Assembly (NCBI GenBank): GCA_000004695.1 | Contig: CM000150.2 | Span: 2,528,001-2,592,000 of the forward strand | Origin: Dictyostelium discoideum | Taxonomy: Eukaryota | Direction of reading: 5' to 3' | DNA length: 64,000 nucleotides | In this document: piece by piece, positions 50,522 through 63,242 of the stretch | Position numbering within the stretch: position 1 is the first letter of the stretch | How the letters are laid out: every line of letters begins with the position of its first letter | The notes under the pieces: generated by a model | The model's database searches: none | What the model was told of the DNA's origin: nothing | The model's input: only the letters and a program-made list of their open reading frames with translations | Program-made: the position numbers and the translations under genes

Positions 50522-53449
50522 ATGAATAAAAAAACAATATTATTTTTATTTTTATTTTTATTTTTATTTTTAATAAAAACTGGAAATTCTAAAAATAATG
50601 ATGGTGGAAGTGGAAGTAGAGGAGATGATGAAACTATGACACTTTTAGGAGTTGAAGATGCAGTAGCTTCAGGTTTATCAACAACTACACGAACATCAGG
50701 ACCAGTTACAGTGCCTCCAGAAGTAACCTTAAGTCCAAATGTAATTTCTACACTTTCCAGATTTGCATTTCCTTTTGATATAAAAAATTACTTTCAAGTT
50801 TTTAGTGATAAATCACTTAAATTCACAGACTATATTTTATCAGTATCAATTCAAGATCCAGTAACTACTAATTTTCAACAATTATTGTGTTCTCCATTAG
50901 ATTACGAAGCCACATGTTTATTGGATATTGGTAAAACTGCATACCTTGATAGAAATATAATTGTAACTTTAAATTCAACATTTGCAACGCACACATTCCC
51001 AATATCAATGTTTAATGTTGACTCAATTACTCAAGTTAGAGACACAATTGTAGCAAATGGAAATGGATTTGATAAAATTAGTTTAATATTTTGTTATTTT
51101 GTCATTCAAGCTACTAGTGGTCAATACTCGTATAATCCAACATTAATTTCCTCAACAATTTTATCAATTCCAATTATTGATGCATACAAGTATGAAATGA
51201 ATGGAACTGTTTCATTCAAGTATTCTGCTGATATAGTTTATCAAGAAACACTTGCACCATTTGTACCATTCATTAGTAGTGTTTCACCACCATTAGTCAA
51301 ATTAGATACAATTGTTACAGTTACTGGTGTATTCTTTTTCCAAAAAACAATAGGGTCATTGGTATTCAATGGTTCATATTATAGTGAACAAAATATGGAC
51401 CTGTATTCACTTGACTTTTCAAATGAGTCGATAATGTATATTAATGGTACAGCACTTTCATTTTATTTTCAAGGAGATGCCTCTTTCACCTTTAAAAGAA
51501 ATCAAGAATCTTTACCATTTAGCGATACTAGATCAAATTTAGTGAATTTGAAAATTGTACAACCAAAAATCATTGATATTTCCTATGATATTTCTCAAGA
51601 TTTATTAAATATTAGAGGAAATTTCTTAGACCCCGCTGTATATGAAATTAGTTTAAATGGTTTAATTTTTAATACTGATAGTATTTTACCAGATCCTTCA
51701 TTATCTACTAAAACTAATCTTTATTTTAAAAATCCACAACTTTACTATAGTTCTGCATATTTGGTTTGTTTGGGTACAAGTTCAGCTGGTTATTCACAAT
51801 TTAAAAGTCAATTAATACCAAAATTAGTAATTTTAGATAGGCTTGTTAAAAGAGGCGATAGAACAATTTATTTATCAGGTTCGTACTTATTACCAAATGA
51901 TAGGGTTAATAATCCAATTTATTCAATTAATATCTCAAGTAGTGGTAGTAGTAGTTCAAATCCAATTCAATGTTATAATATAAAAGTTTTAAAATATTTA
52001 TCATTTAAACAATTATATAATATTTCATGCCAAGTTGATAATTCATTAGAAAATGCAAATAGAATTCAATTTAATATGGTTGATACATCAGTTCCTCCAA
52101 TAACTTTTAGCTTTTCTTATCAACCACCAACTATTACATCAGTTTCTTCAACAATTTATAAAAAGCCAGGTGTTGTTACAATTAAAGGTAGTTCATTTTG
52201 TTCACAACCAACTATTACAATTGGTGATGATTCATGCTCACAACCTATACTTTCAGTTGGTAATGATTATGATAGTTTAACTTGTAATTTCCAATCAAAT
52301 GCTGGTCTATCAAATTCAACATTACTAGTTTCAATCATATGTGATACCATTCAAAATACCTCATCTCAATCATTTGTTTATATAAGAGATGATCCATGTC
52401 CATCATCAAGTACAGGTGTTTGTTCAGGTCCAACTAATGGTAAATGTAATGAAGATCAAAGACAATGTGAATGTAATACTGGTTATTCTGGATTTTCATG
52501 TTCAAATAAAGTAGATACTCAAGTTAAACCACCAATACCAATTATAAATGATACTAAAACTGTCATTGAAACTGGTATTGAAACTGGTGTTCAATTTGAA
52601 ATTGGTATTATTCAAATTAGAGAGATTCAAAGTTTTAATAATGATAAAGTTGTAAAATATATAAATTTAAAGAATGAGAAATGGAATTTAATTACAAAGT
52701 CAACTGATTTAAATGATATTGTAATTTATACATATGGTTTAATTGTTAATAATAATAAAACCAAAATCAATGTTCAAATTATGATAAACTCTGGTAATTC
52801 AACATCTTATGATTTTCTAGGTGACACTTTTACATTGTTACCAAATTCAGTTAAATATCAAGTTGAAATTATTGAATGGGATTTTGGAGCAACATTAAAT
52901 TCTTTACAAGTTTTATTTGAATCAAAAATTACTGCTACCAATAATAATAATAATTGTGATAATGATAATCAAGATCAAGAAATTTCTAAAAATATTTTAA
53001 TGAATGGTCAATCAATTAGAACAATTGAAATGAAGAGTATTAATGGTGATATTCTAGTTGGAACATTTTCAAATCGTTTAAAAATTGATGAAAGAGTAGT
53101 TGTTAGTTCAATTGAAATTTTATCACAAGATTCTTTATTATCAAGTAATATTTCAACAACACAAAATCAATCAGTAATTCAAGCTATAACTATAAACTAT
53201 TTTAAAACAAATGCTATTATCGATCCAAATTTTGGTGTACTTTTATCAAATGATCAAAATACTCCATCTCCAAATGGTTGTAATGAAAATACTAATTCAT
53301 CAAATAAATTTGCATCTTGGAAAATCGCTGTAATTGTAGTTTGTTCAGTTGTTGGTATTTCATTAATTGTAGTTTCAACCTCAATAATTTATAGAAAGAT
53401 TAGAAATAAATCTTTAATTTTAGAAATAAGATTAAAATTATCAAAATAA
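50522..53449 (+). CDS. Type-I transmembrane glycoprotein of 975 aa. It has a signal peptide, TIG-like and EGF-like modules, a single C-terminal TM and a short basic tail. It may be related to Dictyostelium tgr/TIG-EGF adhesion families.
   Basis: The N-terminus is MNKKTILFLFLFLFLFLIKTGNS. A TIG-like segment is YQPPTITSVSSTIYKKPGVVTIKGSSF. An EGF-like segment is CPSSSTGVCSGPTNGKCNEDQRQCECNTGYSGFSCS. The TM is IAVIVVCSVVGISLIVVSTSIIY and the tail is RKIRNK.... Confidence 0.6.
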   Translation: MNKKTILFLFLFLFLFLIKTGNSKNNDGGSGSRGDDETMTLLGVEDAVASGLSTTTRTSGPVTVPPEVTLSPNVISTLSRFAFPFDIKNYFQVFSDKSLKFTDYILSVSIQDPVTTNFQQLLCSPLDYEATCLLDIGKTAYLDRNIIVTLNSTFATHTFPISMFNVDSITQVRDTIVANGNGFDKISLIFCYFVIQATSGQYSYNPTLISSTILSIPIIDAYKYEMNGTVSFKYSADIVYQETLAPFVPFISSVSPPLVKLDTIVTVTGVFFFQKTIGSLVFNGSYYSEQNMDLYSLDFSNESIMYINGTALSFYFQGDASFTFKRNQESLPFSDTRSNLVNLKIVQPKIIDISYDISQDLLNIRGNFLDPAVYEISLNGLIFNTDSILPDPSLSTKTNLYFKNPQLYYSSAYLVCLGTSSAGYSQFKSQLIPKLVILDRLVKRGDRTIYLSGSYLLPNDRVNNPIYSINISSSGSSSSNPIQCYNIKVLKYLSFKQLYNISCQVDNSLENANRIQFNMVDTSVPPITFSFSYQPPTITSVSSTIYKKPGVVTIKGSSFCSQPTITIGDDSCSQPILSVGNDYDSLTCNFQSNAGLSNSTLLVSIICDTIQNTSSQSFVYIRDDPCPSSSTGVCSGPTNGKCNEDQRQCECNTGYSGFSCSNKVDTQVKPPIPIINDTKTVIETGIETGVQFEIGIIQIREIQSFNNDKVVKYINLKNEKWNLITKSTDLNDIVIYTYGLIVNNNKTKINVQIMINSGNSTSYDFLGDTFTLLPNSVKYQVEIIEWDFGATLNSLQVLFESKITATNNNNNCDNDNQDQEISKNILMNGQSIRTIEMKSINGDILVGTFSNRLKIDERVVVSSIEILSQDSLLSSNISTTQNQSVIQAITINYFKTNAIIDPNFGVLLSNDQNTPSPNGCNENTNSSNKFASWKIAVIVVCSVVGISLIVVSTSIIYRKIRNKSLILEIRLKLSK

Positions 53450-53654
53450 ATTTTTTGTAACATTAATAATAATAATAATAATAAAAAAAATTAAAGAATT
53501 AAACACACCCTCCTTATTTTTCAGATGTAAAATAAAAAAAAAAAAAATGTCTTAAGTCAAATTTAATTTTGACATTTTTAAAACCCAAAAACATGGGGGT
53601 TAACCTAAAAAATTATTCTATTTTATTTTGTTTTTTATTCTGTTTTATTTTATT

Positions 53655-54156
53655 TAAATGACTTTTAATGGATCAGTATCTAATTTTGAAACTATGACTT
53701 TAATACGACCATTAAATAATTTTTCTAAATTTGGTTTTAAAATTTGTGGAAGGTAATCTCTTTCAGAATTTGAATGATCACAAACAATGACATAACTTCC
53801 TTTAGCACAAGCATCTAAAATTGCATGATGAGTTAATTCACCAGTTAAATAGAGATCAGCTTTTGCATTGAAAACTACAGAACCACCACTACCTGCACAT
53901 AAAGAGATAGTTTTAATCTTTTTAGATTCACCACTTAATGGTCTACCAATTCTAACATATTCAATATTGAATAATTCTTTAACTCCTTTTACAATTACAT
54001 CAATATCAATTCCATCATCATCTAATGTAACTAATTTACCTGAACCATTATTTAATGATAATACTTTTTCTTGATTTATAATATCCCAATTTTTAATTTC
54101 CTGTAAAAAAAAAAAAATATGTTAATAAAAGTTACAAATAATTAAATAATTAAATA

Positions 54157-54237
<81 letters not shown>

Positions 54238-54918
54238 TACATTTGAAAATGATTTAATTAAATTAATTAAAATTAATAATTGTTGTTGATCACAAGATAA
54301 TTCAATTTTATCAGTTGAATAGAATTGAAAATTTGAATTTAATTCTAATTGTTTTAAGATTTCAGCTGTGAGTGGTTGATTGGTATGTAAATAGATTGAA
54401 ATCTTTTGAGTGGATTTCAATGATTCTTGATAAGGTGTAATTGGTTTTGATCTACCTTTACCAGAGTTTAATTTAATTAAAGCATTTGAAATCCAATCGT
54501 TTAAACCACCATCACAAGAATCTAAGGCGGAATGTGGTGAATAAATTGGTATTCTATTCTCAATTGATTTAATTGCAATTCTTTGTGAAATTGATTTTTG
54601 GTTAACAGTTTTAAATTGGTTGAATAATGGTGGATGATATGATATTATGAAACTTGCTTTCTCATTGATAGCCTCTTGTAAAACTGGTTCTGTTAAATCA
54701 TTAGTAAGAAATATTCTTTCGATATCCATTGAATCTGTATTACTTGGTTCAACTAATAATCCGACATTATCCCATTTCTCTGCTAAATTTAATGGTATTA
54801 ATTCTCCTAATTTCTTTAAAACTTCTTTTCCTTTAACTGAGTTTGTTGTACTTGACATTCTTTTAATTATTTTAAATTGTTGTTGTTGTAATTTAAAAGT
54901 TTTTGTTAAATTAAACAT
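53655..54918 (-). CDS. NIF3 (NGG1p-interacting factor 3 / YqfO-like) family protein. Two exons: 54918-about 54247 and 54090-53655.
   Basis: The NIF3 hallmark is LIPLNLAEKWDNVGLLVEP. After an intron full of (ATT)n (GTAATT donor, TTTTTACAG acceptor) the C-terminal domain reads ...ISLCAGSGGSVVFNAKADLYLTGELTHHAILDACAKGSYVIVCDHSNSERDYL. The ORF-track poly-Ile tail is the intron repeat translated. Confidence 0.75.
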
Positions 54919-54933
54919 TGAAATTTAAAATTT

Positions 54934-55020
<87 letters not shown>

Positions 55021-55575
55021 TTAAAAAAAAAAAAAAAAAAAAAACATTGAGCAAATTGAAGTTCTCCGCATCTCAGTAACTAATTTTATATGGGTAAAAA
55101 TTTCCGTTTTTTTTTTTTTTTGACAATCAATTTTATTTATTTTTTAATATGGATTTATTATAGATAAATAGAACACCCAAAAATACACAAAATGATATAA
55201 AATATAAAAAAAAAAATAAATATAAAAATTCTTTTTTTTGAATTTTTCTAAGGTTGGCAGGCTAAAAGTGGTGAAAAGTAATTTTATGTGGAATCTTTTT
55301 TTTTTTACTTTTGTTTTCTGTGCAGCTCCCTTGAACATTTGAGTGCACAAAAAATGATATAAAGTGAATGTAAACATTCTTTTTTTTTTCTAAGGTTGGC
55401 CAGATATAAAAATTTCAGCGCATGTGAAAAGTTAATTAATTTTATGTGGCGCTGGTCGGTTGTTTTACAAATCTTTTTTTTTTTTTTATATTTTTATTTT
55501 TTAATTTTTTTTTATTTTTTTTTTCTGTGCATCCACCCCTTAAACTTTTGGGTGTTATTTTGAAAGATTTATAAA

Positions 55576-56480
55576 ATGTTTAAAAATTCTATTAAAAGAT
55601 TATTTGAATTAAAAGGTAAAAATGCAATAGTAACTGGTGGAACAAGAGGTATTGGATATCAGATTGCACTTGATTTAGCCAATAAAGGTGCAAATGTTTT
55701 CGTTTGGAGTAGAAATAAAGAAGTAAATGAAAAAGCAGTTAAATCATTACCAATAATACATAACGATCAAAAACATACAGGTATAGTATGTGATCTTTCA
55801 AAAACCAATAAATTAGATGAAACAATAAATGAAATTAAAAAACAAGTTTCATCATTCAATAATGGTGATAATAAAATTGGAATTTTAGTACATTCAGCTG
55901 GTATTACACATAGTGAATTATTATTTAAAAAATCATCAAATGATAATAATAACTATAATAATAACTATAATTCAATAAATGATAATAGTAATGAAATTAT
56001 GACAACAAATTTATTATCACCAATATTAATAACACAATCATTTTTAAAAGATATGATGAGATTAAAATATGGTCGTATCATATTCATTGGTAGTGTTGTC
56101 TCTGAAATGGGTAATAGAGGTCAAACAATTTATTCAAGTTCTAAAGGTGGTTTAAATGGTTTTTCAAAATCACTCTCCAAAGAGATTGGTCAATTCAATT
56201 GTACTTCAAATGTAATTTCACCTGGTTTCATTGATACTGATATGTCACAACAATATATAAATAATGAATTAATTAATTCAATACCATTAAAAAGAATTGG
56301 TAATACAAAGGTAATTAATAATAATTAATAATTAATAATTAATAAAATAATAATAAAAAAAAAAAACTAAAATTATTAATTATTATATTTATTTAGGATA
56401 TTTCAAAAACAGCATTATTTTTAATCGAATCAGACTATATTACTGGTCAAAATATTCGTGTTGATGGTGGATTATATTAA
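55576..56480 (+). CDS. SDR-family reductase, 3-oxoacyl-ACP reductase (FabG/CBR4)-like. Two exons: 55576-56310 and about 56397-56480.
   Basis: It has NAIVTGGTRGIG, HSAG, YSSSKGGL (YxxxK) and PGFIDTDM. The GTAATT donor follows ...IGNTK. Exon 2 is DISKTALFLIESDYITGQNIRVDGGLY, a typical FabG C-terminus. Confidence 0.75.
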
Positions 56481-56508
56481 ATAAACAACAAACCCCCTCC
56501 CTATGGTT

Positions 56509-56543
<35 letters not shown>

Positions 56544-56565
56544 CCACCTATTATTTATTATAAAC

Positions 56566-57605
56566 CTATGAATCAATTTCCATTGATTTTAAAGATATTA
56601 ATTTTAATATTGAATCAATTGTAATCATTGATAAAGGTTTTCCTTCATTATCAACTACCCATAATCTATGAACTCTTGTGGCAACTAATTTATAAATTGT
56701 ATTCTCTAATGTATCTTCAAAAGTACTAGTTAATGGAAACAATGACTAATTTTTGAAGTAAATAATTAATAATTAATAATAATTTAAAAAATAAAATTAT
56801 ATAATTTTATATATCTTACAATTTCATTTATAGATGTAACATATTTTTTTTCTTTAATTTTTTGATATTCTAAAAAGTCTTTAACAGGTAACATAAGTTC
56901 ATCGAAATCATGATGAAGAGTTCTAATATTTGATACTGAAAAGTTTGCAATTAATTTATTTCTATCATCAACTATTGGAGCGGCGATGAAATTTTCACCA
57001 AGGAAATCTTTAATGATGATTATGACTCTTTCATCCTTTCTATAACAACGTTTGAATGGGATTGCAACACCCAATTCCCCGATTTTTCTCTTCCCAACCG
57101 CACCCAAGTAATGGATGTTTTGGGCAACCATTGAGAGTATATCAATTGGTGATACTAAATTAATGATTTCATTTCGTTTATCCAATATAAATACTTTTGA
57201 TACTACACTATTGTACGCTTGGATAACGTCATAGCAAGAGGTGTTCTCTCTGCATGCTACTAGTTTCTCGGGTTTTAAATTTGCTCCTAACACAGTCTGA
57301 ATAGTTGATTGGGAGAATAGTTCACCACTATTTCTTAAAATGTTACTAAATTCTTTTGGTGATTGTTTTAATCTTTCTAAAGTTTGTGGATTCTTTAATC
57401 CAAGAAATTCAATTATATATCCAACAATATCTAATAAATCTAAAACTGTATTTACTTTTCCATCTTCACCTAAAACTGGTGCTGAAAAAACTTTTCTTTC
57501 TAACATTAATTTCATTGCATCTATATATTTACTACTAGTTTTAATTATTACCATTTCTTTTGGTTTAACAATATCACCAATTTCTTGATTTTTTAAAAAG
57601 TATTG

Positions 57606-57608
<3 letters not shown>
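56566..57608 (-). CDS. CBS-domain-containing protein. Two exons: 57608-about 56821 and about 56748-56566.
   Basis: It starts MQYFLKNQEIGDIVKPKEMVIIKTSSKYIDAMKLMLERKVFSAPVL..., which is CBS-pair-like. After a GTAAGA intron the second exon reads ...YKLVATRVHRLWVVDNEGKPLSMITIDSILKLI, a CBS motif. The ORF-track N-terminal extension with [10 protein letters not shown] is poly-A translation. Confidence 0.6.
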
Positions 57609-57640
<32 letters not shown>

Positions 57641-57970
57641 CCTTAAATATATAATTATTAAAATAAAAGTATGTAATATAATTAAATGAAAGTATGTGTG
57701 TGAAATTCAAAAAATAAAAAAAAAAATAAAAATTAAAAAATGTAAAAATTAATTTTTTTTTTTTTTTGTTTTTTTTTTTTTGTTTTTTTTTGTGGTGTTT
57801 ATCTATTTTATTAATTTTTATAAAAAAAATGAAATTTCATAAAAATCTCAAAATATCTGTAGCTGTTTTAAGAAAATTTAAAAAGATCTCAAAATATCTT
57901 CATTTTCATTTCAAAGAAGTAAAGTTATTTTTAATTATAGTGTTTGTTTTTTTTTTTTTTTTTTTTTTAT

Positions 57971-58242
57971 TTAATTTCTTTTTATATGTTTTGCTTGTTG
58001 TTCAGATATATTTTCAAAAATATATTGAGTTTGATGTGATTGTTGTTGTAATTGATGTAAATGTTTCATTGAAGTTGTTTTAATTAATGGTGGAGTTGTT
58101 GATGTTGATGGTTGTTGTTCATCATATGATATATATTGAAATTGTTGTTTCAAATTACCACTACTTCCATGTTTTGGTAAAATGTGAACCTGTTTTTTAG
58201 TGGTTGTATTTGTAGTGGTAGTCGTTGTAGTTGATGTTGGCC

Positions 58243-58315
<73 letters not shown>

Positions 58316-58453
58316 TAAATTTGTATTATGAATTTCATTTGATTTATTTAATTTAACTAAACCATTTATACTACTATCCAAATTATTTTCGTAATCCAAT
58401 ATTAAATTATTTGAACTCCTTGATACAGGAATTTTTATTTTACTAGAATTTAA

Positions 58454-58492
<39 letters not shown>

Positions 58493-58728
58493 TTCAGAAT
58501 CGGAATCATTTAATGGTGAAGATGTATTACTTTTTTCATAAATTAATAAAAGATCATAAATTGAATTTGCCATTTTTCTTTTGAAACTATTATGTTCAGT
58601 TTTAAAAAACTCCAATTTTTGTTCTAAACTTTTTATATATTCAGTTTGTTCTAATATTGTTTTTCGTTGACTATGAACTATACCTTGTAAATCATTATTA
58701 TCAATGATCGGACTATTTGGATATGATA

Positions 58729-58792
<64 letters not shown>

Positions 58793-59022
58793 ATTATTAA
58801 TATTATTGATATTATTATTATTTGATTTTGAATCCAAATCAAGACTTCTTTTCTTTTTTAAAGGTGGTTCATTTGACCATTCATTCTCATTATTATATTG
58901 TTGTTGTTGTTGTTGTTGTTGTTGCTGTTGTTGGTATTGCTGTACATGTAGATTATTAGATGAGGCGTTTCTTGAATAACTACGAACACCACCACCACTG
59001 TTATTACCATTATTATTATTAA

Positions 59023-59077
<55 letters not shown>

Positions 59078-59127
59078 GTTATTATTAAATGATTGTGGAG
59101 GAGAATCATCATTTGAAAGTTCATCAA

Positions 59128-59164
<37 letters not shown>

Positions 59165-59750
59165 ATTATTATTATTATTATTATTATTGTTATTATTATT
59201 ATTATTATTATTAATATAATCTCTACTTAATTTTTTATTTGGTGTTGAATGAGAAGGTGAAGAAATATTTCCAGATAAAGATAATTCATTATTTCCATTT
59301 TGTAAACTATGTAATTTTGAATTTGTTGGTGGCGTTGAATTTGTTGATGGAGGCGATGATGGTGATGATCTATTGCCATTTGACGGTTGGGATTGAGATG
59401 ATGATGATAATGAACTATTAGTTGAGTTTGATGTTGTTGATGAAGATGATGAAGTGGTTGTGGTTGTAGTTGTTGTTGTTGATGATGAAGGTGAAGATGA
59501 AGATGCAGTGGATGTTGCACCTTGAACATTTGAAATGAATTTATTTAAATCTGAAAATATTTTATTTTGTGATAATTGAGAGATATGACTACTTAATTGA
59601 TCAAATGTTGATGAAAAATTATTATTATTATTATTATTATTATCATTATTTAAAATATCATCAACAATCAATGGTAATTCCTTTCTATTATTAATTGGTT
59701 TTGATGGTTTATTTTGTTGTTGTTGTTGATGATGGTGTTGTTGTTGATAG

Positions 59751-59783
<33 letters not shown>

Positions 59784-59983
59784 AGATATTTTGAAGAAAG
59801 TACAGGTGAAGATTCTGGTGAAATTAATGAGGTAACATTTTGAATACTATTACAAGATGAAGATAGAGAAGAAGAAGATGTAGAATTCTTTAAATTATTT
59901 TTTTTATTATTATTATTATTATTTCCTGGTAAATGAAATAAATTACCATTAATTGAATGATGAGATGAAGCGAATTCTTCCAT
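57971..59983 (-). CDS. Hypothetical low-complexity protein of 670 aa, rich in N, Q, S and T, with one short predicted coiled-coil segment.
   Basis: It is a long ATG ORF with poly-N, poly-Q and poly-T tracts. The only non-repetitive block is ...EQTEYIKSLEQKLEFFKTEHNSFKRKMANSIYDLLLIYEK.... I recognise no domain. Confidence 0.45.
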
Positions 59984-62900
59984 TTCTTTTTTTTATTTTT
60001 ATTTTTATTATTAAAAATAATTTTATTTATTTATTATTATTAATTTATTTATTATTTATTTATTTATTTAATTGTTTATTTATTATTTACAATATATTTT
60101 ACAAAGTAATTTTTTTTTTTTTTTTTTTTTTTTATAAGATTTGTTTAGGAAATGTTGAATAAAAAAAATAATAATAATAAATAAAAAAAAAAAAAAAATT
60201 TAACAAAACAAATAACACATTAAGGTTTTTTTTTTTTTTTATTTGGATTCTATTTTTTAATTTTTATTTTATTAATTAAAATAATATTAAAAACAATACA
60301 AAAAAAGTTTGCACCAAATCAAACAAAATGAGTGGGTGGTGGGAATTTATTTAAAAAAAAAAATAATAATAATAATTAAAAATAATTAAAAAAATATATA
60401 AATAAATATAAATAAAAAAAATCAAAACACCCATATGGTAAAAAATTTAAATTTTTTTATGTAAATTTTAAAAAAAAAGGATAACTTGTTGGAAATCAAA
60501 AGAACACAAACCAAGATTATTTTAATTTTATTAATTTAATTTTTTTTTTTTTTTTTTAAATTTTTTTTTATTATTATTTTTAAATTTTGATTAATCACTT
60601 TAATTGGAAATAAAACTGTTAATACAAAAAGAACATATGAAATGTGTTATTGTGAGTGTGGGTCTAATTGAATATACACAAAAAACTTTTTATTTAAAGA
60701 TTTAAATTCCTTTTCAAAATTTTTTTTTTTTTTTTTAATTTTTTTTTTTTTTTTAATATGTAAAATAATAAAAAATGATAGAAAAGGTCATGTTTACACA
60801 CCCTATATCCATATTTGGATTTTTTATAAAACAAAGATGATTATTATTATTATTATTTTTTTTGATTTGTTTTTTAAAAAACATTAATAAAAAAAAAAAA
60901 AAAAAATTTTTTTTAATATTTTTTTTTTTTTTTTTTTTTGGTGTGTTGTTGGTATATATCTTATGATCAAGCAATTATTTGAAAAAAGTTCAAAAGAAAT
61001 AAATTACCATTTTATCATTATTTGATTAAACAAATGAACAGATTTATTAGTTTATCATTATCTTTATTACATAAGTGAGAGAATAAACTTTTTTTTATTT
61101 ATTTTTTTTTTTATTTAATCATTTTCATTATTATTTTTTTTTTTTTTTTCAAAACTTTGAAAATGTAATAAATCTACTTTATTAAATTGGTTAAATAATT
61201 TCAAGAAATTTCAAAAAAAAAAAAAAAATATGGTTAAATAAAAAAAATTAAAGTTTTGAAAATATTGACTAAAAAAAAATAAAATAAAAAAAAAAAAAAA
61301 AACTTTTTTTTATTGAAATGTTTTTTTTTTTTTTTTTTAAATAAAAAGACCCATAACTGATCAGTATAATTCTCTTAAAATTTAAAAAAATATTAATCAT
61401 AATTATTCTTTACGAAACTGACCATTAAGAGTACTCCTTCGAAACAATTTTGAGTGGTTGTTAGTAAGGCTTTTTCTGGCAAAAAGAGAAATTAGAGAGA
61501 GATCTTTAAACAACTGGGTTTAGAAATTCTATGATCATTTCGGTTGTGCCAAGATCTCACATTTTATTAATAAACTTTAAAATATTATTAAATTATAAAT
61601 TTAATAAAAAAAAAAAAATAAAAAAAAAAAAAAATAAAAAAAAAAAAAGCTTATTATAAACAAATAAAATTTTAACCTTTTTAGAAAAAAAAGTAATAAT
61701 AGTTAATAACTTTTTTAAATCTATTAAAATTAATTTAATTTTTTTCAAATATTAATTCTTTGAAGAGTTTATTTATATTTTAAAAGTGAAAAAAAAAATA
61801 AAATAAAAGTTACTTTTATACATAAAATATTAATAAATTACATAAATTATATTCCCTATATTCAAATTTTTCTATTCATTGATTATAATTGTTTAAAAAT
61901 TTTTTTTTTTTTTTTTTTTTTTTACTATTTACAATTTTTATTAAAAATTTATTTTCTTTAATTGATATTAGATTTAGTAAACATTAATTATTATTCTTAT
62001 TTTGTTTTGTTTTTTTAATGTTTTTTTTTTTTTTTTTTAATCATTTTTTGTGATTAAATCGGAAAAAAATAATAATATTAATAACCACACTACATAAAAT
62101 TATATGTAAATAGATAATAGATTCAATTCAATTAAAAGAAAATAATTTTTTTTTTTTAAAAAAAAAAAAAAGAAACAAATAAAAATAATAATAACAACTA
62201 ATAATAATAATTTGTTCCCAAAAAAGAACCATATTTTTTTTTTTTATTGTTTTTTTACATTTAAATTTTTTTAAAAATTAATATGCCTCTTCATTTAAAT
62301 AATAGAAATAGAAAATAATTTTATATTACATTTTTTCCAATTAAAAGAAGGATTTGAAAAAGTAAAAAAAAAGAAAAAATAATAGTATATTCATTGTCAA
62401 TTTTTTAATCATGATATATATATTTTTTTTTTTAATTAAAAAAAAGATTACTATTTTTGTGTGTTGTTTATTATTTTTAAAAAAAAAAAAAATTATGAGT
62501 GGTGTTTATTACTATTTTAATGATTATTTAATATTCACATATATTAAACTATTAATACTCTATTTTTATATTTTTTTTCTATTTTGGATTAAAATAATCA
62601 TTTTTAGTAAGAAATTAAAAAACAATCTAAAATTTCTTTAAAAAAAAAAAAAAGAGATTGTTTTGGTATTAATTAATTTTTTTTAAATTAAAAACTGTTT
62701 TTTTTTTTTTTTATTTTATTTCTATTTTATTTATATTATTATTTTATTTTACCTCTATTTTTTTTTTTTTTTATTTTAACTTACTATTTTGAAAATTGTG
62801 TTGAAATTTATTTTTTATTTTAAAAATATCTCCGGTGTTCATTGGTATACTTTAATTTATTGATCATTCCAGTGCAAATGTAATTCCATTGGTCCAAAAA

Positions 62901-63242
62901 AAAAAAATTAAAAAATAAAAATAAAAAAAATTAAAATTGTTTATATTTTGACATTTAAAAGAATGGATCTAAATTTAGGTTAGGCATAGTAATTGTTATA
63001 AAATTATAATAAAAAAAAATGTGTATGGCGGATTTTTTTTTTTGTTTTTTTTAATTTAATTTTTTTTAATTTAATTTTTTTATTTTATTTTATTTTATTT
63101 TATTTTTTTTTTTTTTTTTTTTTTTTATAGTCGAATTATTATATCAACAAAAATACAAATAAAATAATAAAATAAAATAATAAAATAAAGTAATATTACG
63201 ATTTTATATATATATATATATATATTCAATTAAAAAGTAGAA

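Noticed and set aside
57766-60162. Plus-strand ORFs 57766-58083, 58704-58979, 59239-59421 and 59953-60162 (poly-L/poly-C/poly-F).
   Set aside because: They overlap or flank the minus-strand Q/N-rich gene and homopolymeric intergenic DNA. They are repeat translations only.
62411-62641. 76-aa ORF in the 60-63 kb gene desert.
   Set aside because: It is F/I/K-rich, interrupted by A/T homopolymers, and has no motif or plausible start context. It is typical noise in 85% AT DNA.
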